The notes beneath the pieces are model-generated. The model was not told the DNA's origin, ran no database searches, and saw nothing but the letters and a program-made list of their open reading frames with translations. A program made the translations under genes and the position numbers. A DNA stretch of 29,066 bases from a bacterium (lineage in GTDB: Bacteria; JAHJDO01), in contig JBDRTG010000024.1 of the NCBI GenBank assembly GCA_043824255.1, positions 1 to 29,066 on the forward strand. Reading direction: 5' to 3'. How positions within the stretch are numbered: position 1 is the first letter of the stretch; each line of letters begins with the position of its first letter. Positions 17,563-26,813 of this stretch are shown here, piece by piece.

Positions 17563-19023
17563 ATGCGCGCCGGCACAGCAAAGAGCAATATTACCACTGA
17601 TGCGAAAGGGGTAGTAATTAATGACTCGTTATACGCTAAAGCCCTGGTTTTGGACGACGGCAGGACAAAAGCGGTTATCATTGCAATGGATGTTACAGCG
17701 ATAGGCGGCAGAACAATTAGCAATAGGATACTGGACGATGTTGCAGATGATTTTATGCCGAAGCTGCTCAGCCGAATTCAAAAAGACTTAAAAATCCCCG
17801 GCTGTAACGTTCTGGTCAACGCCTCTCACACCCACCCGCCAGTCCGGATGCTATGCGATGACGATGAACAGGTTGACAGAACGTTTGATGCGGTCAGCCG
17901 GGCCCTGCAGAATATGACAGATGTAAAGATCGGAACAGGTTCCGGTTATGAAGACAAGATAACAATGAACCGAACCCTCAGACTGAAAAACGGCAAGCAC
18001 TGGACTATCCGCCATACCAATCCATGCCCTCCTGACGAAGAAGTCGCAAGTGTTGGACCAATTGATCCTGAAATAGGCATACTTCGAGTAGACCGAATGG
18101 ACGGTCAGCCACTGGCAGTAGTCTATAATTTTGCCTGTCATCCCCTCTTTGGTGATGCGAGAGGAGCTATTACAGCCAATTTCCCTGGTGTTGCTTCGAA
18201 AGTCATTGAAGAGAATCTGGGCAATGGGGCAATGGCATTGTTCTTACAGGGAGCGGGCGGGGACATTATCGATATATCCTTTAAAGACTTCAGCCATCTC
18301 AGAGACATCAAACCACTTGGAACAATGCTGGGTCTGAGCACCTTGAAAGCGCTAAGAGACATACAAACAAAAGATGTAAAGCTGAGTGTCATTTCTGAAA
18401 CAATAGAGCTTCCCAGAAGAACCGATATTCCTGAACGTATTAAATCACTGCAGGAGGAGCAGACCGAATTGCTGGGCTCCCTGAGAAGCACCAGTCTGAA
18501 CATCAAGGCATTCCTGCCTTTGTACATTAAATACGTCCTTAGTCCCGACTATCCGTCGGATTATTACTACAGCTATCTGCAGGCTGAAAAGATAGATAAT
18601 GATAAATTTTCCTCCATGGATTCCCTTAACAGGAGAAACATTAAGAAATATCTGAATAACATTTACGCTATGGAGAAATTGGCTAGAATCCAGGACAAGA
18701 TAGCCACGTTGAAAAAACATAAGGCGATAAACGATGAAGCCGGCGAGCCGACTATACAGGCTGAGGTGCAGGGCATTAAAATCGGAGACTGCGTGCTGAT
18801 AACTGCTCCGATTGAGGTACTTACAGAAGTTGGGCTAAATGTCAAAAAAGCATCGCCTTATGAACACACCTTTGTGGCGGCCTTTTCAAACGGCTATATG
18901 CATTACGGACCTCCAGCAGACGACTACGGCAAGGGAGGATACGAAGTAACAGAGTGCCTGTTGGCCCCGCAATGGCAGCAGATTTATGAGAAAAAGGCAA
19001 ATGAAATCATCCACAGGCTGTGA
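17563..19023 (+). CDS. Neutral/alkaline ceramidase-like amidohydrolase
   Basis: LYAKALVLDDG, NASHTH, GPIDPE, NFACHP, FLQGAGGD, GGYE. Start ATG 17563 (AAGGA upstream) or 17545. Confidence 0.75.
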   Translation: MRAGTAKSNITTDAKGVVINDSLYAKALVLDDGRTKAVIIAMDVTAIGGRTISNRILDDVADDFMPKLLSRIQKDLKIPGCNVLVNASHTHPPVRMLCDDDEQVDRTFDAVSRALQNMTDVKIGTGSGYEDKITMNRTLRLKNGKHWTIRHTNPCPPDEEVASVGPIDPEIGILRVDRMDGQPLAVVYNFACHPLFGDARGAITANFPGVASKVIEENLGNGAMALFLQGAGGDIIDISFKDFSHLRDIKPLGTMLGLSTLKALRDIQTKDVKLSVISETIELPRRTDIPERIKSLQEEQTELLGSLRSTSLNIKAFLPLYIKYVLSPDYPSDYYYSYLQAEKIDNDKFSSMDSLNRRNIKKYLNNIYAMEKLARIQDKIATLKKHKAINDEAGEPTIQAEVQGIKIGDCVLITAPIEVLTEVGLNVKKASPYEHTFVAAFSNGYMHYGPPADDYGKGGYEVTECLLAPQWQQIYEKKANEIIHRL

Positions 19024-19050
19024 TAATTATAAAATAAAAGGAGAAATGAA

Positions 19051-20055
19051 ATGGCAGATAAAATCAATGTAGCATTTGTAGGATGTGGAAGTTTTGCAAA
19101 AGGAATGCATCTTCCTAATATGGCAAAGAATCAGAAGTATAAGCTTTATGCAGCATGTGATATTATGGAGGAAGCTGCAAAAGAAGTATCTAAGCAGTAT
19201 AACATGGAATACTTTACTACGGATTATGGGAAAATTCTTAATGATAAGGAGGTGAATCTGGTAGTTATTACTACGCGGCATGACCAGCATGCTCCGCTGA
19301 CAATCAAAGCGGCTAATGCAGGAAAACATATTCTCTGTGAAAAGCCAATGGGACTTAATGCAGAGGAATGTAAAGAAATAGCTGCTGCTGTAAAAGCGAA
19401 TAATGTGAAATACACTGTGGGGTATAACAGAGGAATGGCGCCTCTTATTAGAAAAGCAAGGGATTTGCTTAAGGGAATAGATAAGAAAAAACTTATATAT
19501 CACCGTATTCAAGCGGCTTTTCCAGCGGATAACTGGACACATGACCCGGCAGTTGGTGGAGGAAGATTTGTAGGAGAAGGGTGTCATATATTTGATCTTA
19601 TTTGTGAACTTGTTGGGAAACCGCCTGTGAGCGTTTATGCAAGCGGAGGAACATTTCTTGATCCTGAAAAGGTAAAAATACCTGACAGCGGGATTATTAC
19701 AATTACTTTTGAGGACGGCTCGATAGGTACAACACTGATTGCTAGTGCTGGTTGTAAATTGTTTCCCAAGGAGGCAACTGAAATATATTGCGATGGAAAG
19801 GCAATATATATTGATGAGTTTAAAGAGATGAAGTCTTACGGTTTTGAAAAAGAAGAAGAGGTGATTACATTGGAAAAGATAGATAAAGGACAAATTGCAG
19901 AGATAGACGAACTGGCCGATGCTATTGTTAATAATACAGAACCACCAAACGGTGTTGTTAATGCAGCAAGAGCCGCTGTAATAAGTTTCTATGTAAATGA
20001 ATCTATAAGAACAGGAAGACAAATTCCAATTTCTAAAGAAGATTATGTATTTTAA
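19051..20055 (+). CDS. Gfo/Idh/MocA family NAD(P) oxidoreductase
   Basis: VGCGSFA, HILCEKP, VGYNR, GEGCHIFD; RBS AAGGAG. Confidence 0.93.
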   Translation: MADKINVAFVGCGSFAKGMHLPNMAKNQKYKLYAACDIMEEAAKEVSKQYNMEYFTTDYGKILNDKEVNLVVITTRHDQHAPLTIKAANAGKHILCEKPMGLNAEECKEIAAAVKANNVKYTVGYNRGMAPLIRKARDLLKGIDKKKLIYHRIQAAFPADNWTHDPAVGGGRFVGEGCHIFDLICELVGKPPVSVYASGGTFLDPEKVKIPDSGIITITFEDGSIGTTLIASAGCKLFPKEATEIYCDGKAIYIDEFKEMKSYGFEKEEEVITLEKIDKGQIAEIDELADAIVNNTEPPNGVVNAARAAVISFYVNESIRTGRQIPISKEDYVF

Positions 20056-20085
20056 CTATCGGAAAATTAATGAAAGGACTAAAAA

Positions 20086-21024
20086 ATGATTAGAATAGGT
20101 TGTGTAAACATAGATATATCTCATCCTGGAAGTTTTGCAAAAAAGATGAAAGAGATGAACAGAGGGAAATATGTCGCAATATATAATGATGGATTTCGCA
20201 CAGACGAGGAAGTGGATGCATTTATCAAAGATAATGAACTTGAGAAAAGATGTAACACGATAGAAGAGCTTGTTGATATGGTGGATATTGGCTTTGTGCA
20301 TGACTGTAACTGGGATAAGCATCTCTCTCATGCCATGCCCTTTATAAAAGCCGGAAAACCTGTTTTTATAGATAAGCCGATATGCGGAAATTTAAAGGAT
20401 TGCTATAAACTTGAGGAACTTGTAAATGACGGAGCAAAGATATTGGGAAGCTCGTCAGTGCGATATGCAAATGAATTCATAGAAATTAAAAAACAACTTG
20501 CGGAAAATAACGAAGAAATAGTTTCAGTTTATGGAACAGCAGGCGTTGATGAATTCAATTATGGCGTTCATATCATGGAGGGAATACATGGACTTTTAGG
20601 ACCGGGAGTTGATTCAGTGAAATATATAGGTACTGCTAGGAGAGCTGAAGCCTTTGTTGAACAATATTATGTAACATGGAAGAATGGTATAAAAGTTATA
20701 TATCAGCTCCAAACCGGCATATGGCAGCCATTTGATATTGTTATAACTACAAATAAAGCCAAAGCTATTCACACTTTTAGAGTTGATACAAAACAGATTT
20801 ATGCTGCTGTTCTCAAACGTATCTTTGACTATATGGAAAAGGGCATTGAAATGGCACCTATTACAGATCTTACTGAAACAATAAGGATATATCTTGCCGG
20901 GAAAGCATCAAGAGAGCAAGAAGGAGCAGAGATAAAGCTTGAGGATTTAACCCTTGAGGATAAGGGATATGACGGCTATGCTTTCGAGAAGCAATACGCT
21001 CTTACTGCGAAAAGCAAAAAATAA
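20086..21024 (+). CDS. Divergent Gfo/Idh/MocA-like oxidoreductase
   Basis: IRIGCVNIDISH, KPVFIDKP, SSSVRYA, YGVH; RBS AAGGA. Confidence 0.8.
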   Translation: MIRIGCVNIDISHPGSFAKKMKEMNRGKYVAIYNDGFRTDEEVDAFIKDNELEKRCNTIEELVDMVDIGFVHDCNWDKHLSHAMPFIKAGKPVFIDKPICGNLKDCYKLEELVNDGAKILGSSSVRYANEFIEIKKQLAENNEEIVSVYGTAGVDEFNYGVHIMEGIHGLLGPGVDSVKYIGTARRAEAFVEQYYVTWKNGIKVIYQLQTGIWQPFDIVITTNKAKAIHTFRVDTKQIYAAVLKRIFDYMEKGIEMAPITDLTETIRIYLAGKASREQEGAEIKLEDLTLEDKGYDGYAFEKQYALTAKSKK

Positions 21025-21049
21025 TCAATGATTATATAGAGGAGATGAT

Positions 21050-22198
21050 ATGAGAAAAGTAAAGATAGGCGTTATTGGATGTGGTGCAATGGCTCAAGGT
21101 ATGCATCTTCCGAATATTAAGAAACATCCTGATGCAGAATTACTATGGTGCTGTGATATTGATGAGAGAGTATTAGAGACAGTCAAGGAAAAATTTTCCC
21201 CAAAAAAAGTGACTAAAGATGCCAGAGATATAGCACATGATCCTGAGTGTGATATGGTAATAATTGCCACTACACATAAATTACGTCGGCAGTTAATAAA
21301 ACTTCTTTCAGATGCTGGAAAGCCTATATATGTGGAAAAACCAATGGCAGATAATTTTGAAGAGATGTTCGAAATAGCCAGACAGATTAAGAAAACTGGC
21401 ATTCCCTTTTGTGTTGGACATAATAGGCATATGTCACCGGCTATTACCGCGGCGCGTAATATATACTTCAAACACAAAGCTAATCCAGTTTCTCCAGCAT
21501 GGCGCTGGGATCGGGTAGGAACTAAACGTCCTTCTTTTTCTGAGGAAGAGCAAACTATGATGCTTCTTCGGATAAATGATGATTATTGGTCATGGAAAGC
21601 GTGGGCTTTCAAGCAAGGAGGAATCCTTATCAGTGAGATGACTCATTTTGCAGATTTAGTCTGCTGTTTTATAGATCAAGAGCCAATTCGCGTTACTGCT
21701 CTTGGCAGTAATTTAGCAAACAATGTTATCAACATAGAATTTGATGGCGGTTCATTAGCGACAATCTTTGGCGCATCTATTGGTTCTTTTGGTTATCCAA
21801 AGGAGCTTATCGAGATTTATCATAAAGGAGCAGCTATTATTATTGATCATCTTCTTGAGTTACGGGTCACTGGAGTAGTTGATGAACCATTTAAGCAGAT
21901 TTTTCCTCTCTATGATGGTAGGAGGCTTAAAGATGGAATAAGCGATTACTATAATGAGATTATAGCATGCCAGAAAAAAGCGGTGGAAGCAAATGATAAC
22001 TCTCTATTGCCTATTGGCCCAGACAAGGGGCACTATCTTCTGCTAGATTGTTTTATGAAAGAGATTCGAGGTGGAGATAAAAATCCGTGTGGAATAATTG
22101 AAACAATGAAAGCAACGGCAATCATATTAAAGGCGTCTGAGTCTATTAAAACTGGAAACTCTGTCGAAATGTCCAAAAGTGATTATACGTTAGTCTGA
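21050..22198 (+). CDS. Gfo/Idh/MocA family oxidoreductase
   Basis: IGCGAMA, IYVEKP, VGHNR, EMTHFAD, YPKE; RBS GAGGAG. Confidence 0.92.
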   Translation: MRKVKIGVIGCGAMAQGMHLPNIKKHPDAELLWCCDIDERVLETVKEKFSPKKVTKDARDIAHDPECDMVIIATTHKLRRQLIKLLSDAGKPIYVEKPMADNFEEMFEIARQIKKTGIPFCVGHNRHMSPAITAARNIYFKHKANPVSPAWRWDRVGTKRPSFSEEEQTMMLLRINDDYWSWKAWAFKQGGILISEMTHFADLVCCFIDQEPIRVTALGSNLANNVINIEFDGGSLATIFGASIGSFGYPKELIEIYHKGAAIIIDHLLELRVTGVVDEPFKQIFPLYDGRRLKDGISDYYNEIIACQKKAVEANDNSLLPIGPDKGHYLLLDCFMKEIRGGDKNPCGIIETMKATAIILKASESIKTGNSVEMSKSDYTLV

Positions 22199-22214
22199 AC
22201 ATAGGAGATGAATT

Positions 22215-23108
22215 ATGAAAATTTATATTCAAACTGATATCGAAGGAATAGCAGGCTATGTATTCTTTGAAAATAGGAAGGATAAAAGTATTGAAAATCA
22301 TGAACATCGAATGCGAATGAAGAAATTGCTTACCAATGAGGTCAACGCAGCGGTTAAAGCCTCTTTTGATGCAGGAGCCAGCTATGTTGTGATAAATGAC
22401 AGCCATGGATGTGCTTACAATATTCTCTTTGAGGAACTTGATCCGCGTTGTGAAATTCTTCATGGCAGAGCTAATTCTGGACCACATTGTTTAACTGATC
22501 TTGATTCATCGTTTGGTGCTATGGTATTGATTGGAATGCATGCTATGGCAGGAGAAGAAAACGCCGTTTGTCCACATAGTAAATGGGCGGTGAATAACGG
22601 TGCTCTCTATCTAAGTGAAGCTAGTATGGCAGCAGCAATAGCCGGGGATAAAGGAATTCCAACAGTGTTTGTCAGTGGAGACCAAACTATAACTAAAGAA
22701 GTAAAAGAGAAAATCCCCAAAATAGAAATTGGAGTAGTTAAACATTCCTACGGCCCTTACTATGCTAGAAGTGTTATGCCTCAAAAGGCCTGTGAAATTA
22801 TTTATCAAGGAGTTAAACATGGAATCATCAATAGAAAGAAAATTTCGCCCTATAAGATTCAAGGACGAGTTTTTCTAAATCTGTTGGAACGGCTTAACCC
22901 AAGCATAAAGAGAAAAAGGCTAAAAAAGGATGTAGCGGCAGACACAATAACTGAGGCTTTTGATAAAGCAGTGGCTCAATTTCCGTGGAGTAATTACGGG
23001 CTACAGAAAATTGACGGATTTCAGTATCCATCTATAGGTTACCAAGGAAATCATGGGAAAATAGAAGGTAAAAGAAAAAGAACTTTAGAAAATCGGGAGA
23101 AAAAATAG
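22215..23108 (+). CDS. M55 family metallo-amidohydrolase, paralog 2
   Basis: MKIYIQTDIEG, EVNAAV, DSHG, GMHAMAG, SE, SGD; RBS AGGAG. Confidence 0.9.
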   Translation: MKIYIQTDIEGIAGYVFFENRKDKSIENHEHRMRMKKLLTNEVNAAVKASFDAGASYVVINDSHGCAYNILFEELDPRCEILHGRANSGPHCLTDLDSSFGAMVLIGMHAMAGEENAVCPHSKWAVNNGALYLSEASMAAAIAGDKGIPTVFVSGDQTITKEVKEKIPKIEIGVVKHSYGPYYARSVMPQKACEIIYQGVKHGIINRKKISPYKIQGRVFLNLLERLNPSIKRKRLKKDVAADTITEAFDKAVAQFPWSNYGLQKIDGFQYPSIGYQGNHGKIEGKRKRTLENREKK

Positions 23109-23972
23109 AGAGGAGGTATTAAGACATGGAATACTGTATTTTTTCTAAGAGCTTCCAGACTATGGAGGCTGAGGAACTGGGGAAGACTATGGCTAAGCTA
23201 AGGGTGGACGGCGTGGATTTGACTGTCAGAAAAGGGGGACATGTCCAGCCAGATCAGATTAAATACGAACTAGCCAGTTTTCAGGAGATTTTGGCCAAGC
23301 AGGGAGTAAAAATTTCCATGTTAACAACTGCAATTGTAGAAATGAATGACGAGACCCGAAACATCGTAGAGACAGCTGCTAAATTAAATATCAAATATAT
23401 CAAATTAGGCTACTGGAAATATAAGGGATTTGGATATTATAAAGAACAGGCGAAAGAAGTAAAAAAGGCGTTAGCTGACTTAGAGCCGATATTTCGAGAT
23501 AATGGAGTTAAAGCATGTTTTCATAATCATTCAGGTATGAATATGGGACTTAATGTTAATCATGTGCTCCGTCTTATAGAAAATTGTGATCCAGAAGTGA
23601 TCGGAGTATATTATGATGTGGGACATAGTACGATTGAAGGTTCCAGTTGTGGCTGGATGATGGATCTGGATTTAGCCAAAGATCGTATTTTTATAATAGC
23701 GGTTAAAGATATGGCCTGGTTTCGAATTGGTGGGCAGAATGAGGATAAAAAAGGCTGGATGATGAAGATGGTACCTTTAGAAGCTGGTTTAGTTGATTGG
23801 CGCAAATTTGCCGAGTGTTTGAATCAAATAAAATTTGACGGCCCTGTATCCTTTCATTCAGAATATCAGGGAGGGCACAGCTGGAAACACCTAACACCTG
23901 AAGAAATAGTAGAGCAAACAGGGCATGATTTAAATTATTTCCGCTTTCTTACGGAGGAAAAATAGAGAGGAG
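23101..23972 (+). repeat. 15-bp direct repeat AAAAATAGAGAGGAG (stop + RBS) flanking the isomerase gene
   Basis: Identical at 23101-23115 and 23958-23972; each copy holds the upstream gene's TAG and the next gene's SD. Confidence 0.85.
23126..23965 (+). CDS. Sugar phosphate isomerase/epimerase family TIM barrel (xylose isomerase-like / AP endonuclease 2)
   Basis: DGVDLTVRKGGHV, FHNHSG, YDVGH, AVKD, GLVDW, SFHSEY. Confidence 0.9.
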   Translation: MEYCIFSKSFQTMEAEELGKTMAKLRVDGVDLTVRKGGHVQPDQIKYELASFQEILAKQGVKISMLTTAIVEMNDETRNIVETAAKLNIKYIKLGYWKYKGFGYYKEQAKEVKKALADLEPIFRDNGVKACFHNHSGMNMGLNVNHVLRLIENCDPEVIGVYYDVGHSTIEGSSCGWMMDLDLAKDRIFIIAVKDMAWFRIGGQNEDKKGWMMKMVPLEAGLVDWRKFAECLNQIKFDGPVSFHSEYQGGHSWKHLTPEEIVEQTGHDLNYFRFLTEEK

Positions 23973-23977
23973 AATTC

Positions 23978-25018
23978 ATGGTTCAAAAGAGAAAATATGT
24001 CGTAAGAAATGAAAATGGAGTCATATCAGTGGAAAATGGACCAGTTCCAAAACCTGGTCGTGGAGAAGTTCTTGTAAAAGTACATGCCAGTTTAATCAGT
24101 CCAGGAACAGAACTTGGCGGGGTGATAAAAGTACGAAAAAATCCAGGTAATAAAAAGCTAAAGACTGCTTTTGGTTATAGTAATGCTGGAGAAGTTATTA
24201 ATACAGGAAAGGGATGTAAAGATATACAAACAGGAATAAAAGTCGCGTGTATGGGAGGAGCGGCTCTCCATGCCAGTCATGCTTGTGTGCCACGCAATTT
24301 ATGCGTCCCTATTCCAGAGGGAGTAAGCTATCAAGAAGCAACTTTTGCATGTCTTGGAGCAACTGCGCTTCAGGCAATACGAAGAGCAGAATTACAACTT
24401 GGCGAAAACGTAGCTGTATTAGGGTTAGGAATTGTTGGCCAGATATGTTCTCAACTGGCTAAGATTGCAGGATGTCATGTTATAAGCTGGGATAGCTTAT
24501 CTTTACGTTTGAAAAAGGCAGAAAAGATAGTTGATCAAGTAGTAAACATAAAAGGAAACGATGCTGTTTCCCTGACGGATGAATTTACACGCGGCTATGG
24601 AATCGATGCAGGATTTATTTGCTTCGGCGGCGAGGCAACAGAAGCATTTAAGCAATTAGTCGCTTGCATGAAAACTACGCCCGATACTCATAAAATGGGG
24701 CGAATTGTTATTGTTGGAGCAGCAACTATCAATCATGAGTTTGCAGCAAGACTCGGCAATCTGGATGTTCTAAGTTCAGCTCGAACAGGACCTGGATATC
24801 ACGATGAATCTTGGGAGCATGGACATGATTATCCATCTGTTTTTGTTGAATGGACGACACGGCGTAATCTCGAAGAAATTTTGCGATGGATAGGAGAAAA
24901 ACGTATAAATGTTAAGTCTCTTATTACTGACGAAGTGCCGCTCATTCAGGCGCCGGAAGCGTGTGAAAAACTAATTCAGCATCCGGATCAAGCATTGGGT
25001 GTGATTTTATTACCATAA
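23978..25018 (+). CDS. MDR-family oxidoreductase lacking the canonical catalytic Zn motif
   Basis: SLISPGTE, GYSNAGEV, VAVLGLGIVG, GPGYHD...DYP...WTTRRN. Confidence 0.9.
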   Translation: MVQKRKYVVRNENGVISVENGPVPKPGRGEVLVKVHASLISPGTELGGVIKVRKNPGNKKLKTAFGYSNAGEVINTGKGCKDIQTGIKVACMGGAALHASHACVPRNLCVPIPEGVSYQEATFACLGATALQAIRRAELQLGENVAVLGLGIVGQICSQLAKIAGCHVISWDSLSLRLKKAEKIVDQVVNIKGNDAVSLTDEFTRGYGIDAGFICFGGEATEAFKQLVACMKTTPDTHKMGRIVIVGAATINHEFAARLGNLDVLSSARTGPGYHDESWEHGHDYPSVFVEWTTRRNLEEILRWIGEKRINVKSLITDEVPLIQAPEACEKLIQHPDQALGVILLP

Positions 25019-25044
25019 TTTATACATTATAATGGAGGTAACAA

Positions 25045-26349
25045 ATGTCTAGAAAACAAATTAAAATAGAAAAAGCAAACTGTAATTTTGAAAGGGAACC
25101 ATTTATCAGACCTTTTGGATTTAAGGGTGGTTATATCACTGAAGCATGGCAATCCATTTCATCTCTAACCAGTTCATCAGGCAAAACCGGTCTGGGCATT
25201 GAAACGCAGAGTGTGCTTTGGAGTGATGCATCTGTGTTTAGTTCTCATAGTGAAGCAGGTGGTAATGCCTTGATGTTCGCTATGACGGAGTTTGCTTTGA
25301 AACAAGCCAAAGAACTTGTGTTTTCTAACCCTATTGAGCTATTGGAAGAGCTAGTTCCTCAGGTACATGAGTATGGTAAAAAGATAACTAATAATCCTGA
25401 TTTAAGACTGACCTTTGCATTAAACTCGCTGGTTGGAGTTGACAACGCTGCATGGATGTTGTTTGCAAAAGAAAATAATATTACAAATTTTGACGATATG
25501 ATACCAGAAGAATACAGAGCATGTCTATCATACAGACATAAAAAGCTTGCCAGTATTCCTTTAATGGCTTATGCAATTCCTCTGGATGAAATTGTAGATG
25601 CTGTAAAAGACGGTTACTTCTTCCTAAAGGTAAAAATAGGTTCTGATCCTGATAAGGATGGAGATAGAGAAAAGATGCTTCAGTGGGATATGAAGCGGAT
25701 TGAAGAAATACATAAAGCAGTTGGAGGCACAAGGATTGAGCATGCAAAGGATGGTAAGATTCCATATTACTTTGATGCAAATGGCCGTTATGACACAAAG
25801 GAAAGGTTACAGAGGCTTCTTGACCATACAAAGAAAATAGGAGCATTTGACCAGATTGCAATTGTTGAAGAACCTTTTCCTGAGGAATATGAAGTAGATG
25901 TTGGTGACCTTGGGGTAAGGATTGCAGCCGACGAAAGCGCACATTCTGACAAGGACGCAAAAAAGCGTATCCAGATGGGCTATGGGGCAATTGCTCTTAA
26001 ACCCATTGCTAAGACCCTGAGCATGAGTTTAAAAATCCTTAATGTCGCACATAAAGCAGACGTTCCGTGTTTCTGTGCAGACTTGACAGTTATTCCTATT
26101 CTGGTGGACTGGAATAAAAATGTGGCAGCAAGGATTGGGCCTTTACCTGGTATGAGTATAGGAGTGCTTGAAACCAACGGGCATCAGAATTATAAGCGAT
26201 GGGGAGAACTTCTAGGATTTCATCCGTGTTTCGGAGCTGAATGGATGAAAACAAAAGACGGCTTATTTAATTTGGATGATGATTTTTACAACCAGAGCGG
26301 CGGAATTCTCAAAATATCAAAGCACTATCAAAGCTTAGTAGAACAATAA
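25045..26349 (+). CDS. Enolase superfamily (mandelate racemase/MLE-like) dehydratase/epimerase
   Basis: KVKIG, YFDANG, EEPF, ADES, ALKP; RBS GGAGG. Confidence 0.88.
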   Translation: MSRKQIKIEKANCNFEREPFIRPFGFKGGYITEAWQSISSLTSSSGKTGLGIETQSVLWSDASVFSSHSEAGGNALMFAMTEFALKQAKELVFSNPIELLEELVPQVHEYGKKITNNPDLRLTFALNSLVGVDNAAWMLFAKENNITNFDDMIPEEYRACLSYRHKKLASIPLMAYAIPLDEIVDAVKDGYFFLKVKIGSDPDKDGDREKMLQWDMKRIEEIHKAVGGTRIEHAKDGKIPYYFDANGRYDTKERLQRLLDHTKKIGAFDQIAIVEEPFPEEYEVDVGDLGVRIAADESAHSDKDAKKRIQMGYGAIALKPIAKTLSMSLKILNVAHKADVPCFCADLTVIPILVDWNKNVAARIGPLPGMSIGVLETNGHQNYKRWGELLGFHPCFGAEWMKTKDGLFNLDDDFYNQSGGILKISKHYQSLVEQ

Positions 26350-26350
26350 G

Positions 26351-26695
26351 TCAGAACTTTATTTTCTGTGCAAAATCGCCAAGAAGAGGCATCCTCCATG
26401 TCTCACCAGCAAGTGCTTTTACAATACCAACTACTGCAAATATAATAACAACTATATTCAGAAGCCATCCAATTATTGGGATTAAGGAAAAAACAGTAGC
26501 CAATATTGCTAGTACTAATCCTTGTCTTGCATGAAACAAGACAAACTCATTATCCTTCTTAACAAGAAGAACAATCAAGCTTATCAGCCAGAAATAACTG
26601 ATAACAGCTAGTGCCTTACCTTCTTCAATATCTTTTTTGTCTGTTTCTATCTCAGGCTTAACTGTTACTTGTCCTACTTTCTTTTCTTCTACCAT
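26351..26695 (-). CDS. Small membrane protein, DUF4870-like
   Basis: LAVISY...KDNEFVLFHARQGLVL...IPIIGW...ALAGETWRMPLLG; RBS AGAGGAG upstream on the - strand. Confidence 0.85.
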   Translation of the reverse strand: MVEEKKVGQVTVKPEIETDKKDIEEGKALAVISYFWLISLIVLLVKKDNEFVLFHARQGLVLAILATVFSLIPIIGWLLNIVVIIFAVVGIVKALAGETWRMPLLGDFAQKIKF

Positions 26696-26729
26696 TTTAG
26701 ATCTCCTCTAATTTTCTCATATATGTATA

Positions 26730-26758
26730 AGAATATTAAACTTTTGGCTAGTTGTCAA
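26730..26758 (-). promoter_or_regulatory. Putative sigma70 promoter of the DUF4870-like gene
   Basis: Minus strand TTGACA-17 nt-TATTCT. Confidence 0.6.
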
Positions 26759-26778
26759 TAGAAACTCCACAATTTATA

Positions 26779-26807
26779 TTGCAAATGAGCAGGATTTATA
26801 TTACGCT
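26779..26807 (+). promoter_or_regulatory. Putative divergent sigma70 promoter of the membrane protein gene
   Basis: TTGCAA-17 nt-TACGCT. Confidence 0.4.
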
Positions 26808-26813
26808 CAAGAC

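Noticed and set aside
19027..20022. 331-aa antisense ORF
   Set aside because: It shadows a well-supported Gfo/Idh/MocA gene, has Phe/Ser/Cys/Ile-rich composition typical of antisense frames, and shows no motifs.
23030..23108. Tail of M55 paralog 2 (GYQGNH...) as a remnant of an isomerase C-terminus (EYQGGH)
   Set aside because: Only a four-of-five residue match with poor DNA identity; insufficient support.
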